29,411 bases of DNA, from IMG/VR virus record IMGVR_UViG_3300012031_000056, positions 1 through 29,411 of that record; one strand, written 5' to 3'. Each line of letters opens with the position of its first letter. The first letter of the stretch is position 1. The notes under the pieces were generated by a model. The model was not told the DNA's origin. It saw only the letters and a program-made list of their open reading frames with translations, and made no database searches. The translations under genes were made by a program, and so were the position numbers. The stretch is from a virus (lineage: Duplodnaviria; Caudoviricetes). Below are positions 1 to 7,938 of the stretch, piece by piece.

Positions 1-48
1 AGATGGCGGGTGGACCCACCTGTGCAAGTCCTGCAAGCCGACAGGCGT

Positions 49-77
49 AGAGGCCCAGCGCAAACTGCTGGGCCTCT
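49..77. terminator. GC-rich inverted repeat, possible terminator or mRNA 3'-end hairpin of the lysis transcript
   Basis: AGAGGCCCAGC (49-59) and GCTGGGCCTCT (67-77) form an 11-bp perfect stem with a 7-nt loop, 3 nt beyond the stop at 81. There is no clear U-tract. Confidence 0.55.
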
Positions 78-80
78 GAT

Positions 81-557
81 TTACTCGACCGTGAAGGTGT
101 TGGAGAACGCGGTCAGTTCCTTTTCGGGCCAGTCCAGACGCCTGAGTGTCCACCCGATCCGCAGCCTGTAAGTTCCCGGGGAGACTGCGCATGGCCTGCC
201 GACGAACCAGCCCCACTTCACCTGATTACCCACGATGAAGTCCGTGGTGTCGTAGTCACTGGTTCCGCTGCCAGAACATTCATTTGACCAGAGACCCTCG
301 CGCCCGAGGCGCTGAACCTCAACGATCCAGAACCCTCGGAAGTCTTCTTTGATTGAGCGGTCGTAGACCAACAGGGGGTCGGTCCCATACTCGTGATCGG
401 GGACGAAAACCTCGTTGACTACGAACCATGCTGACACTGGCACCAAAGCCTTTTGCTTCTGGCCGATGGCCGAGGAAAGCTGGATCACCACGAAGGCCAA
501 CGTCAGGGCCACAGTCACTTCAACCAGTCTGCGAAACCAGAAACTCCAAGTCATCAT
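81..557 (-). CDS. Membrane-anchored protein of the lysis cassette (158 aa), function unknown
   Basis: Start reassigned from 686 to the ATG at 557, which overlaps the upstream stop (TAATG). N-terminal hydrophobic segment VTVALTLAFVVIQL, then a beta-rich soluble domain with two Cys. Confidence 0.7.
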   Translation of the reverse strand: MMTWSFWFRRLVEVTVALTLAFVVIQLSSAIGQKQKALVPVSAWFVVNEVFVPDHEYGTDPLLVYDRSIKEDFRGFWIVEVQRLGREGLWSNECSGSGTSDYDTTDFIVGNQVKWGWFVGRPCAVSPGTYRLRIGWTLRRLDWPEKELTAFSNTFTVE

Positions 558-838
558 TAGCCTGCTCCGATGTTGGCAATCCAACCCACGATTGCGCCTT
601 GAGTTGCCCAATACATGAACAGGAGAGCGCCGACCAACAGGCCGACGTTCTTCAAAGACGACAGAAGTTTGAATACAGACTTCCACTGACTCACGAAGTC
701 CACTGCATAGACCGCTGTGTCCGACTGATCCGGGTCGAGAGCAATCACATGCCCTGTTTCGGTAAGGCGGCGCAAGTGGTTGAGGGTCTTCTTCGTATCA
801 TCGTCCAGCCGAGAACTATCCCCACGACCCCACAACAT
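557..838 (-). CDS. Small membrane protein, holin candidate (93 aa)
   Basis: RBS-like GAAAGGGA before the ATG. C-terminal hydrophobic stretch VGLLVGALLFMYW...AIVGWIANI. Lies downstream of the endolysin. Confidence 0.65.
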   Translation of the reverse strand: MLWGRGDSSRLDDDTKKTLNHLRRLTETGHVIALDPDQSDTAVYAVDFVSQWKSVFKLLSSLKNVGLLVGALLFMYWATQGAIVGWIANIGAG

Positions 839-860
839 TAGGCGATCCCTTTCTGCTCGA

Positions 861-1256
861 TCATTCCGTTCGCTTTGTAAACTCCATCATGACTTTGTTC
901 AACTTCGCCAAGGCGATCCCCTCAAAAACCTTCTTGGTCGGCGTCAGAAAGTCCATCGCGTCAGGAACGCTTGCCGTGGCATGGTTCAACGCGACGTCGA
1001 ACGCCGTCGCCGGAAGCAAGTCAGTCGCAAAAGCTGCGCGCTCGATAGCCATGCGGATGCCGGTCTCGATTGCCGAGTGGAGCGCCCGCATGTGCTTCTC
1101 TTCGAGTTCGATCCCGAACTTGGCCTCGGCCCACGCCTCGGCCCGCCGGGCTGCCGTCGCGGCAACCGTCTGCGCCACGGAAATGATCGCGCCTATGGCA
1201 AGGACGACCAAGGGGAGAAGGGTCGGTTGGACCTCAGTCCAGATTTCTTCGAGCAT
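861..1256 (-). CDS. Putative holin-like membrane protein (131 aa)
   Basis: RBS AGGAG; N-terminal TM segment LLPLVVLAIGAIISVA followed by a helical soluble part; directly after the endolysin. Confidence 0.65.
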   Translation of the reverse strand: MLEEIWTEVQPTLLPLVVLAIGAIISVAQTVAATAARRAEAWAEAKFGIELEEKHMRALHSAIETGIRMAIERAAFATDLLPATAFDVALNHATASVPDAMDFLTPTKKVFEGIALAKLNKVMMEFTKRTE

Positions 1257-1265
1257 GTCGCACTC

Positions 1266-1934
1266 CTATGCTGCGAGTTTGATTCGCTGGCGCAGTTCGT
1301 CGCCAACGGTGATGGCGTTGCGCGACCGCGTGTCGCCGGGCAAGCATGTAATATCCCACTTGCCCCTCTGCCTGATCCCCAGCGTGGGCTGGACCTCGGC
1401 ATGGGTCAAGACCGTTCGGCGGTCAAGAGCGATGCCGTATTGGTTCATCAGCTTTCCCACAAGACGACACATGCTGTCCACCTGAACTTCTCGCATGGGG
1501 TAGTTGCCCCAACGGAACGGAACCTCGACCGCACCGCGCATACAGGCCATGCCGACGCCGATGGCCCCTGTGTTGGCGTTCAGAACGTGTGGCGTGTAGC
1601 GCCCGTCATTGGTCTTGATGTTGTCCTCGGGCTTCAGCTTGCCGTTGAACACTTCACCGTCACCGTCGATCACGAAATGGTAGTGGTTCACATTCCCCCC
1701 GACGGAGTAGGCGCTGGCCGTCCAGTGCATGATGATCCGAACAAGGCCCCCGGCGAAGCGGGGCTTCGGTTCGGCAGGCTTGTCCGGGGTGCCCAAGAAG
1801 TTGGCAGCCGCCGATTCCCATGCAGTGTTGGAGAGAGGCCCCCAATCACCGTCAATCGGGCCATTGTATGCGCCCATGTCGCGCAGCCAAATCTGAACTT
1901 TGCGGACCACGTTGTCGTCGGAGAGAGAAGCCAT
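1266..1934 (-). CDS. Endolysin: peptidoglycan-binding domain plus Amidase_2 N-acetylmuramoyl-L-alanine amidase
   Basis: PG-binding motif VRKVQIWLRDMG..GPIDGDWGPLS. Amidase motifs IIMHWTA, YHFVIDGDG, HVLNANTGAIGV, THAEV, GKWD. Confidence 0.9.
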   Translation of the reverse strand: MASLSDDNVVRKVQIWLRDMGAYNGPIDGDWGPLSNTAWESAAANFLGTPDKPAEPKPRFAGGLVRIIMHWTASAYSVGGNVNHYHFVIDGDGEVFNGKLKPEDNIKTNDGRYTPHVLNANTGAIGVGMACMRGAVEVPFRWGNYPMREVQVDSMCRLVGKLMNQYGIALDRRTVLTHAEVQPTLGIRQRGKWDITCLPGDTRSRNAITVGDELRQRIKLAA

Positions 1935-1982
1935 AGGATCAACCTCAGGTAGTCAGGAAGTTATGCCCCCCTTCTACCAGCC

Positions 1983-1996
1983 GAACCTACAGGTTC
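1983..1996. promoter_or_regulatory. Palindrome GAACCT-AC-AGGTTC upstream of the endolysin, possible operator
   Basis: Perfect 6-2-6 inverted repeat in the intergenic gap. It overlaps a weak minus-strand promoter-like TTGGAA-N17-TAGAAG. Confidence 0.35.
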
Positions 1997-2008
1997 CAAT
2001 TCAATTCT

Positions 2009-2034
2009 GCCCCTCGCTACATATGGGGAGGGGC
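2009..2034. terminator. Hairpin after the lectin gene
   Basis: GCCCCTC / GAGGGGC arms about 25 nt beyond the stop at 2060, with no U-tract. Confidence 0.35.
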
Positions 2035-2059
2035 CTGCGCCCTAAGGTCACACAGGTCG

Positions 2060-4015
2060 TTAGACGGGGTGATCTGCGAGGGTGAATAGTTGGGCTACGT
2101 TCGCAGTCCATGTGCCAGCAGTTATGGTGCCGGTCACTGGCGTCCACGTTATCCTGTCGTCGCTTTTCTCCACTACGAAAGTCGTCGGAGAGAAACCTGT
2201 CGAGTTTGTGGAAAGAGCAATCTCAGTGACAACCTTTGTCGCCAGAAAATCATAGGCCAACCATACGTCAGCGATGGGGGTGATGGAATCGGCTGCCCAA
2301 TGAGCGTTAGTTGAAGAGACACCATCGAAGCCTCGACCGGGAGCGTTCCGACCATTGACCATATCACCTGCGAAAGGATATCCACCAGTAGCTTGTTCAT
2401 CAGCACCAATAGTTGTCCTGAATTGAAGTTCGCTGATCCTCGGGGAACTTCCAATATATGTCAGTATGCGAACTCTCCAACGGCTGTCAGTTATCACAGG
2501 AAACACATGGTCTGCCCCTTCTGGAAGAGGCAAGGTCGGCACGGTATATGCGGCTTCGTATCGCGCGACACCTTTCGTGTATCGGACGGCTTTTATGAAG
2601 CCATTGAAGTTGTTGCCGTGTAAACCAGACCAAGTATTGGCAGCAGCACCGACAGAAAGCATCACATTCCCAACATTGGAATCAAAGATCGTTACCGAAA
2701 TCGTTGCGGTATGAACCAGAACTCCGTCTTCATAAAACCGTAAATCGGTCCCGCTTCTCTCGACGCAAAGATCATATGCTACGTCTTGGGTCAGTGAACG
2801 ACCTGTGCCTACCCTAGTGAAGGCATTTCCATCTACGGAATACAGCATCCCCCACTCAGTTCCGTCTACAATCCCAATGCTGAAAGATCGTCCTCCTTCG
2901 TCTGTTCGGTAGCAACCCGCTATGTGTTTGAACGACTCAGTTGCGTCCCGACGTTCGACCCCAAACACTTCGAGAGTAAAGTCACCACCCAAGGGAGACC
3001 AAGTTTCACCGTTTGTCTGAGCGAGATAGAAAGAATCACCGTTACTGTTGGCTACACCCTGAAATCCTTTTGCAGTAATGATAGGTTCCGCGTTGCGAGG
3101 TGTTATATAAGTTGGACCTGTGAGTTTTCCTTTTCCCTCTACACCAAAACGAGACTCGAAATCGAGAAGAACTTCTACCTCGCTCCAATGGGCATCACCG
3201 GCACCTGTAGGCCAAGGTCCAGTAGCGGGCGTGAAAGCCGCCGTGTATCGTGCGGTCCCAACTGTGATCCGAAGGTCATCAATGAAAGAGTCGTAAGTAA
3301 ATCGAGGACTAGACGTCCTATCATCTCTAGCACCTATTCTCAAGTCGCTATTCGTAGCAAAGTGTATAGCGACTCCCGTTCCTATAGTGTCGTTGTCATT
3401 GAGTGTCGCTCCACCAACAACGCCATCCACGAAGAGTGTAATAACAGTGTCGGCTCTCGTTACTGCGATATGGTGCCACTCTCCATCGAACGCTTGGGCC
3501 ATCGTAATGCCGTCGTTGCTGGTGTCAAAAGATTGATCATGACTGAAGGAGACCGAACCGGCAGTATCACTTCCATCGGTAGACCACTCGAAAATCCAAC
3601 GTTTATTGGTCCCATCCCAATATAGATGATGAGACTTTCTGGAATTAGAGCCGTTATCCCATTGTGCGACAATAACCCCACCGGCGCTTGGTTCTTCTGC
3701 GGAATTAAACCAAGCCTCAATCGTGAAGTCTTCATTACCAAGGTCGGGACTTGACGAAAACTGCAAAGCCCCGTTTTCCTGTGACGAAATTTTGCCAAGT
3801 CTGACACTCAACGAATTAGAACCGCGAGCCGGAGAATCGCTAGAATATACCTCACCTAGAATATCGACAGCACGAGCAGCACTACTCGTGTCAATGGGAG
3901 CGCCAAACTCAGCCAAGAACGCCACGTTTGCCCAATCGGGATCAGAAGTAGGCGGGGGAGGGGTTGCTACGCCGCCCGATGAAGCAACGCTCGAAAGAAG
4001 GAGTCCTACTGACAT
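2060..4015 (-). CDS. Probable receptor-binding protein: two LamG/concanavalin-A-like domains plus a C-terminal discoidin-like domain
   Basis: Start likely at 4015 (TAATG overlap, MSVGLLLSS). Two units open with DPDWANV / DAHWSEV, contain DFTIEAW / DFTLEVF, and close with LRITVGTARY / VRYTKGVARY. Unit 1 has WHHIAVTR..LFVDG. The C-terminal domain begins RWRVRI..ISELQF. Confidence 0.8.
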   Translation of the reverse strand: MSVGLLLSSVASSGGVATPPPPTSDPDWANVAFLAEFGAPIDTSSAARAVDILGEVYSSDSPARGSNSLSVRLGKISSQENGALQFSSSPDLGNEDFTIEAWFNSAEEPSAGGVIVAQWDNGSNSRKSHHLYWDGTNKRWIFEWSTDGSDTAGSVSFSHDQSFDTSNDGITMAQAFDGEWHHIAVTRADTVITLFVDGVVGGATLNDNDTIGTGVAIHFATNSDLRIGARDDRTSSPRFTYDSFIDDLRITVGTARYTAAFTPATGPWPTGAGDAHWSEVEVLLDFESRFGVEGKGKLTGPTYITPRNAEPIITAKGFQGVANSNGDSFYLAQTNGETWSPLGGDFTLEVFGVERRDATESFKHIAGCYRTDEGGRSFSIGIVDGTEWGMLYSVDGNAFTRVGTGRSLTQDVAYDLCVERSGTDLRFYEDGVLVHTATISVTIFDSNVGNVMLSVGAAANTWSGLHGNNFNGFIKAVRYTKGVARYEAAYTVPTLPLPEGADHVFPVITDSRWRVRILTYIGSSPRISELQFRTTIGADEQATGGYPFAGDMVNGRNAPGRGFDGVSSTNAHWAADSITPIADVWLAYDFLATKVVTEIALSTNSTGFSPTTFVVEKSDDRITWTPVTGTITAGTWTANVAQLFTLADHPV

Positions 4016-4815
4016 TACGCGAGCGCCCCTACGATCAGGTATTCGTTTGTTGCGACCCATATAAGGGCGGCAGACCCATACCGACCAGAGATTGTCAGAT
4101 CATCGCCCAAGGATCGAAGCGTTACCCCAGCGCCAGCGGCAAAGGTGACTGAGCCTACCCCCTGCTGGTAGAAGAAACAGGTGTCAGTGCCCACGAGGTC
4201 GGGGGCAACAGTCACAGTCTGGGCAGCGGCGTTGTTCATCCGCTTGACCTTGCCTCCATCAAAATCAGCAAGGACTGTCGTGTAGGCCGTGCCGCTCACA
4301 ACCTCAATCGTGTTTCCCTCGCCGACACTTGCCGGGTCCACCCATTCTGTGCCGTCAGCGTCGGTGTTCACCGCGAGAACCTGACCAGCCGTGCCCAAAG
4401 TCGGTAGGTCCACTCGGGAAACCCATTCTGTGCCGTCAGCGTCGGTGTTCACCGCGAGAACCTGACCAGCCGTGCCCAAAGTCGGTAGGCCCACTTCGAG
4501 AACCCATGCAGTGCCGTCGTAGGTATGCACGTTGTTGGTGGCTCTGTCGAAGAGCCGCCACCCTTCGTTCGGCTCAAAGTATATCCATGTGGCGACGTCG
4601 TAGAGGGCGATGTTTCCTGCCTCGGCGGTAGCCGTCAAGAGAACGGAAGCCCCGTTGGCAGGGCTGCCCGGGAGAGATGCTGCGATTGAATCCACGGCGA
4701 TCTGGGTGAGGAACGACAGCTTGCGCAAGTCCTCGCTCATCGCAACGCCCCAGCCATCCTCGCCTACGTCGTAGAAGGCTCTCAGCCCAAGGCCGGTAAG
4801 TTCGCGTGACGGCAT
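4015..4815 (-). CDS. DUF2793-like tail fibre/adaptor protein
   Basis: RBS CAGGAG. N-terminal pattern PGSPANG..IALYD..W.YFEPNEGW..YDGTAW, internal repeats, and a C-terminal beta domain (QQGVGSVTFAAGAGVTL) common in fibre proteins. Confidence 0.75.
   Translation of the reverse strand: MPSRELTGLGLRAFYDVGEDGWGVAMSEDLRKLSFLTQIAVDSIAASLPGSPANGASVLLTATAEAGNIALYDVATWIYFEPNEGWRLFDRATNNVHTYDGTAWVLEVGLPTLGTAGQVLAVNTDADGTEWVSRVDLPTLGTAGQVLAVNTDADGTEWVDPASVGEGNTIEVVSGTAYTTVLADFDGGKVKRMNNAAAQTVTVAPDLVGTDTCFFYQQGVGSVTFAAGAGVTLRSLGDDLTISGRYGSAALIWVATNEYLIVGALA
4340..4489. repeat. Tandem repeat, 81-bp period, two exact 69-bp copies
   Basis: 4340-4408 is identical to 4421-4489 and encodes LPTLGTAGQVLAVNTDADGTEWV twice. 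A degenerate partial third copy starts at 4502. Confidence 0.95.
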
Positions 4816-4827
4816 CGTCGTCTCCTG

Positions 4828-4938
4828 TTACTGGCCCCAGCCTGCGCCGTAGCCTCTGCCCCAACCCGTGAGGCTTCCCAAAATCGTCGACATTCGGACC
4901 ATGAAGGCCCCGCGACCGTTAAAGACATTTACACCCAT
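4828..4938 (-). CDS. 36-aa mini ORF MGVNVFNGRGAFMVRMSTILGSLTGWGRGYGAGWGQ (not in the ORF track)
   Basis: ATG at 4938 to TAA at 4828 fills the gap between two genes almost exactly. Its end matches the tail-tip C-terminus TGWGNGWGFAWGQ. Confidence 0.65.
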   Translation of the reverse strand: MGVNVFNGRGAFMVRMSTILGSLTGWGRGYGAGWGQ

Positions 4939-4941
4939 CCG

Positions 4942-5229
4942 TTAGGCCACTATGCTGGAACAGATGGCAGTCAGGTAGTTGGTTTCGTTGTCCCGCGAAC
5001 GTGCGTAGACCCGGCTCAAAGCCTCGATCCCCTCCAAACTGAGGTTCGCCAGAGTGCTGGGGTTGTCGTCGTCAAAGATCATCGTTACCGCCGGGACGAC
5101 TCCATCAGGCAAGGTCGGCCCGACGTGGATCAAGACAGGACCGGGAGATCGAAGCTGCAAGAAGACGCTGGTGGCCTCCTCGATCAGAACCCACGACTGC
5201 GTGACTTCATGCGATGTGGTTGCTGTCAT
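4942..5229 (-). CDS. Small beta-rich protein (95 aa), probable virion component
   Basis: RBS-like GAGGG before the ATG; alternating hydrophobic beta pattern (WVLI, VFLQL, VLIHVG, VYARS); lies in the structural module. Confidence 0.7.
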   Translation of the reverse strand: MTATTSHEVTQSWVLIEEATSVFLQLRSPGPVLIHVGPTLPDGVVPAVTMIFDDDNPSTLANLSLEGIEALSRVYARSRDNETNYLTAICSSIVA

Positions 5230-5250
5230 GTTTGACCCTCTGCTTGGCGG

Positions 5251-5279
5251 AACCTACTACAGGGAGGTGGAAACGTCCA
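5251..5279 (-). promoter_or_regulatory. Sigma70-like promoter candidate TGGACG-N17-TAGGTT
   Basis: -35 at 5279-5274 and -10 at 5256-5251 with an exact 17-nt spacer. It occupies a 50-nt intergenic gap in an otherwise tightly packed operon. Confidence 0.4.
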
Positions 5280-7742
5280 CTAACGAACCTGCCCCCACGC
5301 GAAGCCCCAGCCGTTGCCCCAGCCCGTGTTGACGAAGGTAAATTGCCGCCGCACTGCGGCACGAGACTCGTAGCCGTCCCGTTCGGTCAAAACCTCAATC
5401 CAACCGGACTGCGATGGGCCGAAGTCAACCAGATTTAGGGTCAATGACTCCCCGGTCAGCCCCGTCTCCTCATGCTCCAAAGTCCCGTCGAAGTTGATGA
5501 TCCGAACCGTCGTTGTCGTGCCTGCCTCGTGCGTCACCCCGGCTGCGTTCCACGCCAGCGGAACTTGGTCTTCCCGGGTGCGGTTTCGGTTGGCCCATGT
5601 GACCGCATAGGTCGCCGGGGGAGACACTTCCTCTGAATAGTCCACCCCGTTGAACCCAGCCCCGTCAAGCTGGACGTTGGCAGGTCGGAACGGCAGGATC
5701 GGCCTGTCTGTGGGCGTGAAGTTGACGGTCGGGACGGACGAAAGAGTGAGTGACCGACCGCCGACAACCGGCTGAAAGCGGTAGGGGATCAGCACGGCGG
5801 CTACACGGTCCTGCGGATCGAAGTCCTCGGCAAAATCAGGGAAGGCGCTGATCCGAGTCCCCGTCGGCCACGCTTGGGGCACCGTGTCGTAGAGACCTCG
5901 CAGAACCGTCCACTCCCCGGCGGCAAAGGTGTAGAGCATGACCAGTTCTGACACTGCATCGGTGTCGCCGAGCATCAAGACCCTGCCGGGCGAGGTAGTC
6001 TCTGCCCCCAGCGCGGACCCTTCGGCTTCGGTCAGGGTCGAGAAGACTTCGGGCACCCAATCCGACGTGATCTGCCGCGACCTGAACGTGTCCACCGTGG
6101 CGATCTGTTGGCTGGGACTCGTAGCATTGGGTTGCGGGACCGGCCCGTAGACACGCACTTCCTCAACCGGAAGGGAGGCGTGGTCCACAATGAACCCGAT
6201 GGGAAGGCTGGGCCACAAGGCGTCGAGGGCCGCGACAGTGAGGCCCGTGGTGGACGTCATGATGGGCATGGGGATAGTCACGGGGATCGAGACAGTCAGC
6301 GGCGCAGGCAAGGCGGTCGTCTGCACTGCCAGCCCGGCCTGCGGCGCACGGTAGGCGTTCGTCGCCGACGAAAACAGGTCTTCCACGACGTCAAACCTGA
6401 CCTCTGTGCTATCCGGCCCGCCGGGGTCCACCTTCATGACCCGGACTATCATGGCAACAATTCCGTCCTCGGGCCATTGCAGCACGAAGGTATCGCCGGG
6501 TTTGACACTGGCAAAATTGCGGTCGCCCCGCACTTGCGCCGAGAACAAGGCAAGCGACAATTCTGCAAGATCACGATCAGCCAAAACCTGTGCCAACTGC
6601 GGCCAGCGGACTGCCTTATACTCTTTGGTCTCAGGTCGGACACGCCCGTTTTGGATAGCGATGTTGGCGAGGTTGGTAGACTCGACCGTGGACATTTCTT
6701 CGGTCGTGGGGTCCGTATATTGCACGATTATACGGTTGGCGGTCTCGCCCCACAACATGCGTTTGCGGTTTCGCACGTCCGCGTTGCTCGGGTTGATCGT
6801 TCGGCTGCCGTCGAAGAAGGCGTTGTCATCGCGCAGCAACCGCATCGTCCAGAGGCCGCTGTCCGGGTCCACAAACAAGAAGGCGCGGATCGTGTTCAGG
6901 ATTTCCTGCACATAATCCTTCACCTTCATCTGGGCCGTCCAGATCATCGACATGCCGAACTTTTCCGTGTGGAGTTGCTCGGCAGCAGTGAGGAAAGAGG
7001 CCGCATGGATGCCCGCGACTGGTATTCCTGAGCCGTAGTCCTCCGAGATGATCGCCTCGTAGATCATGTATGCCGGGTTCGCCCCGGGCAGCTTGGTCAA
7101 GCCGTTCTCGCCGGGGTAGAGCGGCTGTTCCTCGTTCTCCTCGTAGTCCTCACCAGAGATGCCGCTGTCGTGCGTCTGGTCATCGTCGTCAGGCCAGATA
7201 ACACGCCACGCGCCGCCACCCGCAGGCCCCGGCGGGCAGTAGCTGACGGTCACGTCTGCGGGAGGAATCGTGACGACGTTCTGGCCCCAATAAAAGCCCG
7301 CCGAGTCACCCGTCGCGTTCTCGCTGGTCCCACCGAACAGGCTGGCAAACTGTGTCAGATAATTGGCGGCAAAGGACGGAATGCGGTCAGATACAGTCAC
7401 CCCCGCCGTGCCCCGGAAGAACACTGATGCGAAGCCCCGATAGGCAGGGATCTCAGCTAGAGGAAGGTCAAGCCGGGCAGCCAAAGGCGTAGACGCAACT
7501 TCGTTCCAGCGGCCCATAGTGACGTCCATGTCGCCATAGATGCCACCACTCCCCTTGGTCCCGCCGAAGAGTTCCGTGTTGTTCAGGCGAATCGTCCGCG
7601 AATTTACGACGTCGCCCAACCATGCGATCTTTCCGCCGATCCGCACCCGGTAGATCGCGTCGATAGGGCCGTGGCAAATTCCATATTGAAGGCTCGCAAG
7701 ATAGTCATAGACCTTTTGCTGCTGCCCGCCTTTTTTCCCCAC
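5280..7742 (-). CDS. Tail tip/hub protein (gpJ-like, Phage-tail_3 type), 820 aa
   Basis: MGKKGG start, GICHGPID, PAYRG, ANPA.MIYE, FVDPDSGLWTMRLLRDD, W..RNR motif; follows the BR0599-like gene and two small genes. Confidence 0.85.
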   Translation of the reverse strand: MGKKGGQQQKVYDYLASLQYGICHGPIDAIYRVRIGGKIAWLGDVVNSRTIRLNNTELFGGTKGSGGIYGDMDVTMGRWNEVASTPLAARLDLPLAEIPAYRGFASVFFRGTAGVTVSDRIPSFAANYLTQFASLFGGTSENATGDSAGFYWGQNVVTIPPADVTVSYCPPGPAGGGAWRVIWPDDDDQTHDSGISGEDYEENEEQPLYPGENGLTKLPGANPAYMIYEAIISEDYGSGIPVAGIHAASFLTAAEQLHTEKFGMSMIWTAQMKVKDYVQEILNTIRAFLFVDPDSGLWTMRLLRDDNAFFDGSRTINPSNADVRNRKRMLWGETANRIIVQYTDPTTEEMSTVESTNLANIAIQNGRVRPETKEYKAVRWPQLAQVLADRDLAELSLALFSAQVRGDRNFASVKPGDTFVLQWPEDGIVAMIVRVMKVDPGGPDSTEVRFDVVEDLFSSATNAYRAPQAGLAVQTTALPAPLTVSIPVTIPMPIMTSTTGLTVAALDALWPSLPIGFIVDHASLPVEEVRVYGPVPQPNATSPSQQIATVDTFRSRQITSDWVPEVFSTLTEAEGSALGAETTSPGRVLMLGDTDAVSELVMLYTFAAGEWTVLRGLYDTVPQAWPTGTRISAFPDFAEDFDPQDRVAAVLIPYRFQPVVGGRSLTLSSVPTVNFTPTDRPILPFRPANVQLDGAGFNGVDYSEEVSPPATYAVTWANRNRTREDQVPLAWNAAGVTHEAGTTTTVRIINFDGTLEHEETGLTGESLTLNLVDFGPSQSGWIEVLTERDGYESRAAVRRQFTFVNTGWGNGWGFAWGQVR

Positions 7743-7743
7743 G

Positions 7744-7938
7744 TCAGACCTCCCGATTTTCGGCTACGTCGCCGACGCGCTTGAACTGAGAGTCGTTTAT
7801 TGTGCGCCACTCAGCCAGAGGAATACCGTCTTGAGTCAACTTCCGCCAGTCAAGACCAACCTCCCGGGCAGCTTGGAGAACGCCCCTGCCGCAAAAGCCT
7901 GCGGCCAGACCGTCGGCCAGCGTCACACGGTCGGCCAT
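7744..7938 (-). CDS. Small tail assembly protein (64 aa)
   Basis: TGATG coupling to the upstream gene; GFCGRG..GLDWRKL..GIP motif at the position typical of this tail type. Confidence 0.7.
   Translation of the reverse strand: MADRVTLADGLAAGFCGRGVLQAAREVGLDWRKLTQDGIPLAEWRTINDSQFKRVGDVAENREV

Noticed and set aside
558-686. N-terminal extension of the 201-aa track ORF
   Set aside because: It overlaps the 93-aa gene; the TAATG-coupled start at 557 is more plausible.
4016-4060. Upstream start of the 666-aa ORF
   Set aside because: It lies inside the fibre gene; the ATG at 4015 overlaps the upstream stop.
4340-4489. Direct repeat considered as a CRISPR array or a DGR template/variable pair
   Set aside because: Only two adjacent in-frame coding copies, no adenine-specific mismatches, and no cas or reverse transcriptase gene in the window.
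5267-5280. GTGGA/TCCAC inverted repeat considered as a terminator
   Set aside because: The stem is only 5 bp with no convincing U-tract; the region fits a promoter better.
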